A DNA stretch of 27,776 nucleotides, taken from positions 1 through 27,776 of IMG/VR virus record IMGVR_UViG_3300032219_001080, one strand, 5' to 3'. The translations under genes were made by a program, and so were the position numbers. Positions within the stretch are counted from its first letter, which is position 1; every line of letters starts with the position of its first letter. The stretch comes from a virus. Taxonomy: Duplodnaviria > Caudoviricetes. This document shows positions 12,881-22,796 of this stretch, in pieces. Under the pieces are notes generated by a model. That model was not told the origin of the DNA and searched no databases. It saw only the letters and a list, made by a program, of their open reading frames with translations.

Positions 12881-14854
12881 ATGGCACAGGGAATTCGTAA
12901 AGTTCCAGCAAACGACAAAGCACGTTTCTGGCAAGCAATCCACTCAGGACACACAACGTTAGACGCATGCCGCATCGCAGGTGTACACCCCAACACAGGT
13001 TACAACTGGATAAAGAAATCTAAAGTAGCCAAAGCAAACGCCGATGTTGCAGCAATAGAACTCACTAAACACACCCGCCGTCAAGGTGGCGTCCAATGGG
13101 AAGACGCAATGGACCTTGCCGAAGCAGCAGACCTACCACCAGCCATACCGTTAGACCGTCTCACCCCAGAAGCCCGCAGAGGACTAGACGACTTCCAATT
13201 CTTCCGTGAACACTACCTAGGACGTGTGTCTGCACCATGGCAAGTAGAAGCCGCACTAGAAATAGTTAAGTCTTTGGACAGCGAAGAAAAAGAATTCATC
13301 TGCCTAAACGTCCCACCAGGAGCAGGCAAATCCACTTTGTTCCACGATGTTGCCGTATGGGCAATCGTAAAGAACCGTGCCATCCGTGTACTCATCGGCT
13401 CAGCCAACCAAAACCTAGCCAAGATGTACTCCCGCCGAATTCGCGAAACCCTAGAACGCCCCAACCCTATGCTTGCTGACACAGAACTAGCCAAGAAAGG
13501 CTTAGCCCAAGACGCACAAGGATGCCTCTCCATCGACTACGGGCGCTTCAAACCAGCAGACAAAGGTGCGCTATGGCGTGCTGAAGAATTCATTGTTGAA
13601 CAACTAGACGGCAACGGGCTAGACAACAAAGAACCAACCGTCCGTGCATACGGTATCGACGCAGAGTTCATCGGACACCGTGCAGACCTCTGCCTCTTTG
13701 ACGACGTAGCCTCCACCGAAAACGCACGCGAATCCACAGCCCGTGACAAACTCCTAGAACGCTGGGACTCAATGGCAGAAGCACGTGTAGACCCAGGCGG
13801 CACCTTGGTTGTAGTCGGACAAAGACTCGGCTCAGGCGACCTGTATGCCCACTGTCTGAACAAAGTAACGTATGACTTAGATGAGGACGATTATGATGGC
13901 GAAGATGTCACAACTTCCAATGTGCTTGAGAAGCCTGAACCAACCAAGAAACAAAAATATAAGCATATTATTTATAAGGCGTACTACGAAGACTTGGATA
14001 CTGGTCCTAAGTCCAGGCGTCTTGACTCGCCTGCTTACCCTGATGGACCACTACTTGACCCCAAAAGGCTCTCGTGGAAAGACCTCTCGTATCTCCGTTC
14101 TTCAAACAATGAGCGCTTCCGTGTCATCTACCAACAAGAAGACCTCGCAGACGAAACATATCTTGTTGATAGAACATGGATTACAGGCGGACTAGGACAA
14201 GACGGCGTACTCTACTCAGGGTGCATAGACAACGAACGTCTACCAGAACACATCCCACCAGGATTACGCGCCCCAGTCATCTCCATCATCAGCATTGACC
14301 CATCTCCAACCCAATTCTGGGGACTCATCTGGATGCTCTACCAACCAGAACACAACCTGTATCACATCGTAGACATCCAACGAACCAAACTCACCGCAGA
14401 AAACCTACTCGGATACAACACAACCGATGGCTCATTCACAGGAATCCTCCAAGAATGGTGCGAACGCGCCCAATACCTCGGTTATCCCGTGTCCCACATC
14501 ATCGTAGAAATCAACGCAGCCCAACGATTCCTACTTCAACACGACTTTGTACGCAAATGGACAGCCAAATGGGGTGTCAACATCCTTCCGCACACCACAG
14601 CCCGCAACAAACTAGACCAAAACCTAGGAATCGAAGCAATCATCCCAACACTTGCACGCTCAGGCGCACTACGACTACCAACAATGCGCGGAAACTGGAA
14701 GACACTTGCCCTCGTAGACGAACTATGCAAGTGGACCCGCGACAAAAAGAACGGAACCGACCTAGCAATGGCGTTATGGTTTGCATGTCTACACGCACCG
14801 AACCTCACCACAATAAAACGTCCACCAAGACAGTGGCGACCCTCATGGATATAA
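12881..14854 (+). CDS. terL: Terminase large subunit with N-terminal HTH domain
   Basis: Walker A NVPPGAGKST, Walker B LCLFDD, coupling motif GQR, nuclease ISIDP, terminal D.A.A; start moved to ATG 12881. Confidence 0.92.
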   Translation: MAQGIRKVPANDKARFWQAIHSGHTTLDACRIAGVHPNTGYNWIKKSKVAKANADVAAIELTKHTRRQGGVQWEDAMDLAEAADLPPAIPLDRLTPEARRGLDDFQFFREHYLGRVSAPWQVEAALEIVKSLDSEEKEFICLNVPPGAGKSTLFHDVAVWAIVKNRAIRVLIGSANQNLAKMYSRRIRETLERPNPMLADTELAKKGLAQDAQGCLSIDYGRFKPADKGALWRAEEFIVEQLDGNGLDNKEPTVRAYGIDAEFIGHRADLCLFDDVASTENARESTARDKLLERWDSMAEARVDPGGTLVVVGQRLGSGDLYAHCLNKVTYDLDEDDYDGEDVTTSNVLEKPEPTKKQKYKHIIYKAYYEDLDTGPKSRRLDSPAYPDGPLLDPKRLSWKDLSYLRSSNNERFRVIYQQEDLADETYLVDRTWITGGLGQDGVLYSGCIDNERLPEHIPPGLRAPVISIISIDPSPTQFWGLIWMLYQPEHNLYHIVDIQRTKLTAENLLGYNTTDGSFTGILQEWCERAQYLGYPVSHIIVEINAAQRFLLQHDFVRKWTAKWGVNILPHTTARNKLDQNLGIEAIIPTLARSGALRLPTMRGNWKTLALVDELCKWTRDKKNGTDLAMALWFACLHAPNLTTIKRPPRQWRPSWI

Positions 14855-14903
14855 CACTTGTGTATGCTATAACCACCAGGTTTAACATCGCAAAGGTTGA
14901 TTA

Positions 14904-16727
14904 GTGGCAATTACCGTCGAAGAAATTGTAAGTCTCTACAAATCACGTCGAGAAACACAAGGACCAGTGCTCGCACAAATGCGCCGCGTCCGCGACCTAG
15001 CCAACGGCGACGTCATCGTACCGTTGAACGAACTAGACCGCAACGCACGCACATCAACAGCCAACCTACTCGTACAAGGCTTGGACCAAACGTCTATGCG
15101 TGTCGCATCCACGATGCCGATGCCATACTTCCCGCCAGTAAAAGAAGGCAACGAGCGAAGCAAAGAACTATCACGCACCCGCCGCAAAGCAATCCTATCC
15201 ATGTGGGATACAAACAAAATGGATTTGAAAATGCGACGCCGCGCACGTCACCTTCTTGCATACTCGTCAAGCCCAGTCATGCTGCGCCCCGATTTCAAGA
15301 ACCTTTCACCAAAATGGTCAGTACGAAACCCACTAGACACCTACGCAGCACCATCGGACGACCCAGATAACCTAGTCCCAGACGACTGCATCTTCACCTA
15401 CCTAAAGCCAGCATCATGGCTTATCTCCAACTACGGAGAACAAGTCATCGGACGTCTCCGCATGGGCAAAGTACGCTTTGACACCCAATACGTCATCCTT
15501 GAATACGTTGATGAGAACGAAATCATTTGCTGTGTAATGGGACCAGAGAACACTGAAACACTTTCACCAGAGGAACGCTCAGGGTTGGAAGTTGTAGAAC
15601 TAGAACGCATCCCTAACCGTGCAGGAATCCCACTAGCAGTCGTACCACAACGCATCACCCTCGACCTACCAAAAGGACAGTTCGACGGTGTCATGGGCAT
15701 GTACTACACACGTGCTCGTCTGCAAGCACTCACGGAAATTGCTATCGAACGCGGCATCTTCCCAGACGAATACCTCGTAGCACGCCCAGGTGAGAACCCA
15801 GAAATCTTGCAGATTGCCGATGGTAAGACAGGACAACTTGGTGTTGTTAAGGGTGGCGACATTCAACAGTTGCAATCAAACCCTGGATACAAAACCGATG
15901 TTGCCCTAGACCGCTTGGAACGCCAAGAGCGTCTTGAAGGTGCAATCCCTGCAGAGTTCGGTGGCGAATCAGGAACCAACATTCGTACTGGTCGCCGCGG
16001 CGAATCCGTACTCTCAGCAACCGTTGACTTCCGCGTGCAAGAAGCACAATCAATCTTCTCCCAATCACTACTTGAAGAAGACAAGATTGCTATTGCTTTG
16101 GAGAAATCGTATTTCGGAAACATGTCCAAATCGTTCTTCATGCCAGGACGCCAATCAAGTGGACGCATCGACTATGTTCCAAACAAAATTTGGGAAACAG
16201 ACTTCCACTACGTAAACTATCCATCATCAGGTGCAGACGTCAACGGACTTATCGTTGGACTTGGACAGCGCCTCGGAACAGGACTTATGTCAAAAGAATC
16301 CGCACGCGAAGCCGACCCACTCATCTCAGACCCAGAGTTGGAAAAGGACCGCATCACCGCAGAGTCAGTAGAAGCAGCATTGCTATCTTCGATTCAGGCA
16401 CAAGCCGCTGACCCTAACGGACCATACCAACCAGACGACCTTGCATACTTGACGAAACTTACAGTGGAAGAAAACGTGCCACTACACGAGGCTGTACGTC
16501 GCACCAACGAACGCGCACAACAACGTCAAGCAACACCAGTAGAACCTGGCGCACCAGAAGCAATGCCAGGACTAGCAATGCCAGGCATGGGTGCAGAAGC
16601 ACCAACAGCAGGCGGACCAGCAGGAATTGAAGGATTGCTTTCACAACTTGGGGGACCACCTGCAGGAGCAGAAGCACAACCAGGAACACCTGGCGGTGTT
16701 CTCTCACTAGCAGGTAGGTTAGGTTAA
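14904..16727 (+). CDS. Portal protein
   Basis: 607 aa directly after terminase, helical content, low-complexity P/G/A tail; call mainly by synteny and size. Confidence 0.75.
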   Translation: MAITVEEIVSLYKSRRETQGPVLAQMRRVRDLANGDVIVPLNELDRNARTSTANLLVQGLDQTSMRVASTMPMPYFPPVKEGNERSKELSRTRRKAILSMWDTNKMDLKMRRRARHLLAYSSSPVMLRPDFKNLSPKWSVRNPLDTYAAPSDDPDNLVPDDCIFTYLKPASWLISNYGEQVIGRLRMGKVRFDTQYVILEYVDENEIICCVMGPENTETLSPEERSGLEVVELERIPNRAGIPLAVVPQRITLDLPKGQFDGVMGMYYTRARLQALTEIAIERGIFPDEYLVARPGENPEILQIADGKTGQLGVVKGGDIQQLQSNPGYKTDVALDRLERQERLEGAIPAEFGGESGTNIRTGRRGESVLSATVDFRVQEAQSIFSQSLLEEDKIAIALEKSYFGNMSKSFFMPGRQSSGRIDYVPNKIWETDFHYVNYPSSGADVNGLIVGLGQRLGTGLMSKESAREADPLISDPELEKDRITAESVEAALLSSIQAQAADPNGPYQPDDLAYLTKLTVEENVPLHEAVRRTNERAQQRQATPVEPGAPEAMPGLAMPGMGAEAPTAGGPAGIEGLLSQLGGPPAGAEAQPGTPGGVLSLAGRLG

Positions 16728-17131
16728 TGGCAAAGCAATATCCGAATCGTTCAGACCTTCGTAACCCTGCAAAAAAAATTGCAGCAAAAGCAGCACCAGG
16801 TCAAACCTATGGTGAAGCAGGAAAACAAATGGCTGCACAACGCGCAGTACCAATGGCAGCCCCACCAACAGATGTAGCACCAATCGCTACACCACAACAA
16901 CCACGTGTAGCACCAGGTTCAATGGGTCCACTTAACCGCCCCACAGAACGCCCTAACGAACCGCTTACTGCTGGCGCACCATTTGGACCAGGACGCACAC
17001 AACAACTAGGTGGATACATCGGACCACGAAACAACGACCCAATTCTTGACGAATTACGCGCACTTTACGCAACATTCCCAAGTGATGAACTAGCAGACAT
17101 GTTGGACTCTTACATCCGTGAAGGATACTAA
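16727..17131 (+). CDS. Pro/Ala-rich virion-module hypothetical protein
   Basis: TAATG coupling; PTERPNEPLTAG motif. Confidence 0.7.
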   Translation: MAKQYPNRSDLRNPAKKIAAKAAPGQTYGEAGKQMAAQRAVPMAAPPTDVAPIATPQQPRVAPGSMGPLNRPTERPNEPLTAGAPFGPGRTQQLGGYIGPRNNDPILDELRALYATFPSDELADMLDSYIREGY

Positions 17132-20100
17132 TGGCATTATTTGGTGCATTCGACCCAGTCGACGAAGAAAACAACGATAAAGACGCACAAGCCAATATCG
17201 CGGCACAAAAAAAGTTTGAAACACTTGTTACACCACAACAAGCCCAAGCCGTCGCACAAATCTATCGTCAATCACCGTGGGTACCACCACGAGTAATTCT
17301 CGACCTTGCAAAAGCCAACGCATCACAACAAGCAATCGACACAGTATCTAATGTTGCTGGCAAACAATATGTAATGACCAACACCCCACAAAAGAAAGAT
17401 GAGGGCAGTTGGTTCCAACGCAATGTTTATGGTAAAGCAAAAGCATTGTCACGTTGGACTTTCGCCGCATTACAGTTCACCCCAGACCTTGCACAAAACG
17501 CTGCATCACAACTGTTCTCAGGAAATGACCCAGCAGGCGTAGACGGATGGTTTGCGTCCACACAGTTAGGTCAGATGGCTGGAAGTAAAGATGCTGGACA
17601 AGGATTCTTTTTCGGTGGCGAAGCACAAAAAACGCAAGCACAAAAAGCACGAGAGTTTCGTGGAACAATCAACGGTCACGCATGGACTATTGGTCGTGGT
17701 GCAGCAGACTTAGTGTTCACCCCTGGCTCAAAAGAATACTCACTACTATCAGGCTTCCTTGACGCTGGCGTAAACATCTTTGCCGACCCAACGCTCTATG
17801 CAGGTCAAGCACTCAAAGCAGCCAAGACAGGTGCATATGCCGATGACGTTATTAAGGGTTTGCCAGGCACACGAAAAATATCTCAAGCGCTAGGTAAGCA
17901 ACTCGTTGAACGTGGCGTTGTTGAAACAGACAAAATACCTGAAATCAGCAAAGCAGCAGGTGAAGCCGCTGCACGAATCGCTCGCGGCGAAGCAGGCTTA
18001 GACGCCAAAGAAAGCATTGCATTCGTTGAATCAAAGTTCTATACATGGTTTGACAAGAACACACGTGCAGGACGCATGGCAGACCGCCTTGCTGGACACG
18101 CCAAAGTAGCAACAGACAACATCACCACCCGCGGCTTATCAGGTGCTGACGCAGACAACCAGTATGGTCGTGCCGCAGCAAAAATCCTCGAAGACTTCGG
18201 TGACAGAATCGACCCAGAAGTAGCAATGCGTCTAGCCCGAGCAGACTCGCCAGACAAAATCAAAGCAATCATCGGTGAAGCAGCAGCAGTACTCGGAAAA
18301 GAAAAAGGAGCAGGCAGACTTCCAGCGTCAATCTCTGGAGTCACTGGCACAGGTGCAACATTCGCTGCACGCCAATACGCGCGCGAACGAGTACCTCTAT
18401 ACCGTTCAATTCGCAACAGCCGATGGTGGTCAGAAATACCAGCACAACAAGCCATCATCAACGGCACGGGCATGGAACGCTCCAAATCAATTGCGACCTA
18501 CCGCCAATGGATGAAGGGTCTAAAGATTGACCAACAGTTACCAGAAACTTATGAAAAGTTTTTAGGTAAAGCAATGAACACGTTTAGTTTGGAAAATACT
18601 GCTGCTCGCCGTGAATCAGTAGACAAACTATACGACGAGTTTCTTGACATAATTACCGAACATGCTGGCGGAGATAAAGCAGTAGCAAAAAAAGCAGTAG
18701 ACAGCATACGTGCAGATAAAGCAAAACTACGCACATATAGTGTTGACCAGAACGGCAAACTTGATGACGGTGGAATGATTCAATTCCTTCGTGATTACAC
18801 AGACCCAAAAGAATTTGCACAATTTGACTCACTACAACTCGAACAACTAAAACTGCAAGGCGCAAGTGCGCTCAACGAAATGATTGAAAACGTGCAGGTT
18901 CTCCCTGACTACCGAAAGTTCCGTGCATTAACTGGAGCCAAAATCGGTGGAAACAAAGTTTTCCGTCATGTCCTTCGCACTAAAGATGGTCGCGAGCGCG
19001 CACTTATCGCCGCCGCAGAACAACTCCAGCAAGAAGTCTGGAAGCCAATGGTTCTTGCCACAGGCGGATACATCGTACGAAACATGATTGACTCACACAT
19101 TCGTATCGGCGCACGAGGTTACGAATCATTCTTTACACACCCATTTCGCACCATTCAAACCGTTATGGGACGCAGATACGTTGGACCACTCACGGGGAAA
19201 ATGGACCCAACTGGAGTCAACGTTGCAACCACCTTCGAAGAAGCATTGGAAGATGGCGCTGGAGAAATGAACGCAATTTTTGATGGGTACAAAAACGCGG
19301 TACAGCGTTCTGTATACCAGCATCTTCAAGACCCTGCGTCCTTCAACGAATCAATGTTCAGGAGTGAACAATTCGCAACAGTTTCAAGACAAGTAAATCC
19401 AGAAGGTCACGTCACTGGATATGTAGACAACTTGGGTCAAATTGCCACGGACCCAATTCTTTCACGTATTGCTTCTTTCTGGAATCTCCCACAACAAGAA
19501 CGCTTAGAAAGAACTATCCAATGGTTCAACACCACTACAGATGGTAAAGAGGCTAAGAAAATAATTATTGACAATTTCCGCAACGGCGTCAAAGTTACAG
19601 ACGACAGTGGTAATCCATATTTTCAGTCTTTTAAGTCCACTGGCGATGACGCAATCCTTATTGGCTGGGTAGACCGTTTGTCGACAGCAAAGTTATCAAC
19701 CATTCTCCGTGGTTCCTCGCCAACAGGTGTAGTCGACGAAGACCTAAGATTCATTGTTGCATTTGACCGTGTTCCACTCATGGAAAACCTTAAAGTTGGT
19801 GGAGAATTTACAGACGAAGCAGTCATTGCGCGACGTGTAGAACAAACACTTGATTCCGTAACCTATGCCGCTGACGAAGCAAACAACCCACGTGGCATTG
19901 GTGGATTGGTAAACCTTCCAGATGACCGTCAAGGTGTAATTGTTGGTATCAAAACCAACATGATTGAAGACCCATTTAACCCTGGAACGATGATTAACCG
20001 TGAAGTTGCAGAAATCCAACCAGTAGCACCTGGTCGCGCTTTCACCAAAAAAGAAAAAGACCCATCACTTTTGGGTACTGAAGCACTCCGTGAACATCTC

Positions 20101-21987
20101 AATTACAAAGGCGCAAAAAATCAACTTGCTGAAGATGTCAAAGTTGCTGTCCGTGTAGAAAAAGGCAAAACAGTTGGCTTAGACAAAATCTCGCAAGCAT
20201 TAGACACGGGCGTTAAGTGGTTCTTTAACAGTCTTGTTGGACGCTCAACGCAGTCGCTTGAACGCTCACCGTTGTATCGTCAAGCCTTCTATAAGGAAGT
20301 TGGTGACAAAGCATTTTTGCTTTCTCCAGAAGAACAAACAACATTGCAAGCCAACATTACCCGTTATGTCGACGAACTTAACGCAGACCTTGCACGTGAA
20401 GGCAAACGCGCCCGCCTAACCGTAGAACAATACGTTGGAAACAAAAAGAACTACGACGCAATCTTTAACAAACCAGCAACAGGTGACGCAACAATTGCTG
20501 AACTAGAAGAATTTGCATCTTCAATTGCTGTACAAGAACTACAAGACATCTTGTATAACGCTCAAAGCAAATCTAACGTTGAAGACATGCTCCGTGTAGT
20601 AGCACCATTTGCTACGGCATTCCGTGAAACCCTCGGCAAATACGTTGGCTACCTCATCGAAGACCCATCGCGAGTACGCAAAACCCAACTTGCATACAAT
20701 GCTGTGAACTACAACAGCGACGACCCAGACAACTTTGGTGCAGGTTGGTTTGACAAAGACGCGGTAAGCGGCAAACACGTATTCAACTTCCCAATCGGAG
20801 GCTGGGCAGGACCACTCCTTCAGTTCCCTGTACGTGGCGCATTCCAAGTATTGAGTCTCCCAGGTGTAGGTCCAGTAGCCCAAATCGCTGCCAGCAACAT
20901 CATCCCAGACACCCCACGACTCGACTTCGTACGCAGCATGGTTCTCCCATACGGCAAACAAGGCATTTCATCGTTCGCACCACAATGGGCGCGCCGTGGT
21001 ATCGAAGCAATCAAAGCCGACACCACCAATATGGAAACCATCTACGGCAACACCTACGGTGAAACAGTCAAATACCTTGCATCATCAGGCGAATACGACC
21101 TAAATGACCCTAATGACACAGCCAAACTATATGCAGATGCCAAAGGCAAAGCCCGAATCCTCGCAGGCTTGCGCGCCCTGTTTCAATTCACTGGACCAGC
21201 ATCACCACAAATCGATTTCAGGCTAGAAACCGACGGCGGTGACATTGTCGCATCAGCAATCTCCCAAGAGTTCTACAAGTTCCAAACCGAAAACCCAGAC
21301 AATGCCGTACAACGCTTCATCGAAACCTTCGGCGAAGATGCATTTATCTACCTCGGTCATAAGACAGAACCAATCGCAGGTGGCTTGGAAGCATCAGAAG
21401 CATTCGGTGACTGGCAACGCAATAACGGTGGATTGTTTGAACAATACAAACAGTCAGCAGGCTACTTCGCCCCAGGTGGTGACGACTTCTCGTTTGAAAC
21501 ATGGAACCGTCAAATCCAAAAAGGACAACGCCGCCGACTCTCAGCCCCAGAAATGGTTGCCGCAGCCCAATACCGTTTAGGTGCAGCCGTCTACCGTTCA
21601 AAGCGCAACCAGTTAGGCGACAGAATCAGCAGCGAACAGCGTGACTGGCTCAGCCAATGGCGTGTCTATTTGAACAGCCAATACCCTGGATTCCCTGCAA
21701 AAGCGAACTTCAACCCAGGCGAATTTGACTCATTCATTGGCGAACTCAAACAAGCCGTACAAGATGACCGTCTGGTAAATAACGAAGTAGCACAAGCAGT
21801 CAAGGAATACATCGCTGCTCGTGACAAAGCGCTTGCTCAGGCTGGTGCAGCGAACCTGAAGTCGTTGGATTCTGTTCGCGCAGAACCTTTGCGTGACTGG
21901 TTGAGTAGTATTGCACAGGTGCTTATTCAGAGAACCCCAGAATTCTCCCGAATTTTTGAAGATAAACTTGCAGCAGAGGTAGACTAA
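17131..21987 (+). CDS. Very large (1618 aa) probable internal virion/ejection protein
   Basis: Size, helical Ala-rich composition, position in structural operon; no catalytic motif recognised. Confidence 0.55.
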   Translation: MALFGAFDPVDEENNDKDAQANIAAQKKFETLVTPQQAQAVAQIYRQSPWVPPRVILDLAKANASQQAIDTVSNVAGKQYVMTNTPQKKDEGSWFQRNVYGKAKALSRWTFAALQFTPDLAQNAASQLFSGNDPAGVDGWFASTQLGQMAGSKDAGQGFFFGGEAQKTQAQKAREFRGTINGHAWTIGRGAADLVFTPGSKEYSLLSGFLDAGVNIFADPTLYAGQALKAAKTGAYADDVIKGLPGTRKISQALGKQLVERGVVETDKIPEISKAAGEAAARIARGEAGLDAKESIAFVESKFYTWFDKNTRAGRMADRLAGHAKVATDNITTRGLSGADADNQYGRAAAKILEDFGDRIDPEVAMRLARADSPDKIKAIIGEAAAVLGKEKGAGRLPASISGVTGTGATFAARQYARERVPLYRSIRNSRWWSEIPAQQAIINGTGMERSKSIATYRQWMKGLKIDQQLPETYEKFLGKAMNTFSLENTAARRESVDKLYDEFLDIITEHAGGDKAVAKKAVDSIRADKAKLRTYSVDQNGKLDDGGMIQFLRDYTDPKEFAQFDSLQLEQLKLQGASALNEMIENVQVLPDYRKFRALTGAKIGGNKVFRHVLRTKDGRERALIAAAEQLQQEVWKPMVLATGGYIVRNMIDSHIRIGARGYESFFTHPFRTIQTVMGRRYVGPLTGKMDPTGVNVATTFEEALEDGAGEMNAIFDGYKNAVQRSVYQHLQDPASFNESMFRSEQFATVSRQVNPEGHVTGYVDNLGQIATDPILSRIASFWNLPQQERLERTIQWFNTTTDGKEAKKIIIDNFRNGVKVTDDSGNPYFQSFKSTGDDAILIGWVDRLSTAKLSTILRGSSPTGVVDEDLRFIVAFDRVPLMENLKVGGEFTDEAVIARRVEQTLDSVTYAADEANNPRGIGGLVNLPDDRQGVIVGIKTNMIEDPFNPGTMINREVAEIQPVAPGRAFTKKEKDPSLLGTEALREHLNYKGAKNQLAEDVKVAVRVEKGKTVGLDKISQALDTGVKWFFNSLVGRSTQSLERSPLYRQAFYKEVGDKAFLLSPEEQTTLQANITRYVDELNADLAREGKRARLTVEQYVGNKKNYDAIFNKPATGDATIAELEEFASSIAVQELQDILYNAQSKSNVEDMLRVVAPFATAFRETLGKYVGYLIEDPSRVRKTQLAYNAVNYNSDDPDNFGAGWFDKDAVSGKHVFNFPIGGWAGPLLQFPVRGAFQVLSLPGVGPVAQIAASNIIPDTPRLDFVRSMVLPYGKQGISSFAPQWARRGIEAIKADTTNMETIYGNTYGETVKYLASSGEYDLNDPNDTAKLYADAKGKARILAGLRALFQFTGPASPQIDFRLETDGGDIVASAISQEFYKFQTENPDNAVQRFIETFGEDAFIYLGHKTEPIAGGLEASEAFGDWQRNNGGLFEQYKQSAGYFAPGGDDFSFETWNRQIQKGQRRRLSAPEMVAAAQYRLGAAVYRSKRNQLGDRISSEQRDWLSQWRVYLNSQYPGFPAKANFNPGEFDSFIGELKQAVQDDRLVNNEVAQAVKEYIAARDKALAQAGAANLKSLDSVRAEPLRDWLSSIAQVLIQRTPEFSRIFEDKLAAEVD

Positions 21988-22796
21988 TGAGTTTCGATGA
22001 CACAGAAATGACTGGACAGCCAGCGGCAAACGCACCCAGTGCGCTGTCTTCAGGTTCGTCAGGATTACGTTCAGACGTAAAACTACCTACACGCCAAGTC
22101 AAAGGTGTAGAGATGGAAGGGTTTAACCCTAACGTCCAAGACATTGTTGGAACCACCCCAGTATCAACTGGTGAGGCAACGTCTGCACGTGTTCGCGAAG
22201 TAGCAGGACCATCAGCATTTGGCTATATCGGTCAAAGCCTCGTAGACAGCAGAGGCATTATCACCCGTGGACAGTACGACCCAGCGAGCGAAGCCTATAG
22301 CGAATTAGCAAAAATGGACTTGGCAGAACGCCAAGCATTTCTTAACTCGCTTGCAGCACGCGGACTCTACGGCAACAGTAAACCATCTGCCACAGGCTTC
22401 GATACCAAAGACTTCTCCGCAATGGGAGAGTTCCTCCGTTTCGCAAACGCACAAGGCGTCACATCCGATGTTGCATACAGCCAACTACTCACCACATTCA
22501 AAGCAACAAGTGGCGCTAAACGAGTACGCACCACAGCCAAAGAAGACATCCGTGCGGTGTTCAAAGATGCAACCCGCAAAATGCTAGGGCGCGATGTATC
22601 TAACGATGAGATTGAAAAGTTTGTTAAAGCCTACGAAGGCAAAGAAATCACAGAAGGTACTGGCGGAGTTAAGGCTCCAAGCCTGCAAACTGCCGCAGAA
22701 CTACAAGTCGAGCAGCAGTATGGTGCTGAGGCTGGTGCTGTAGGCATGTTGTCTCTGTTCGACATTCTTGACAAATCAATTAAAGGACTCGCATAA
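21987..22796 (+). CDS. Putative internal virion protein
   Basis: TAATG-coupled ORF in structural operon. Confidence 0.5.
   Translation: MSFDDTEMTGQPAANAPSALSSGSSGLRSDVKLPTRQVKGVEMEGFNPNVQDIVGTTPVSTGEATSARVREVAGPSAFGYIGQSLVDSRGIITRGQYDPASEAYSELAKMDLAERQAFLNSLAARGLYGNSKPSATGFDTKDFSAMGEFLRFANAQGVTSDVAYSQLLTTFKATSGAKRVRTTAKEDIRAVFKDATRKMLGRDVSNDEIEKFVKAYEGKEITEGTGGVKAPSLQTAAELQVEQQYGAEAGAVGMLSLFDILDKSIKGLA

Noticed and set aside
12016-12968. Short ORFs in the control region (12016-12207, 12138-12461, 12160-12441, 12445-12669, 12672-12968)
   Set aside because: No SDs, low-complexity translations, and they overlap operator arrays and RNA structure.
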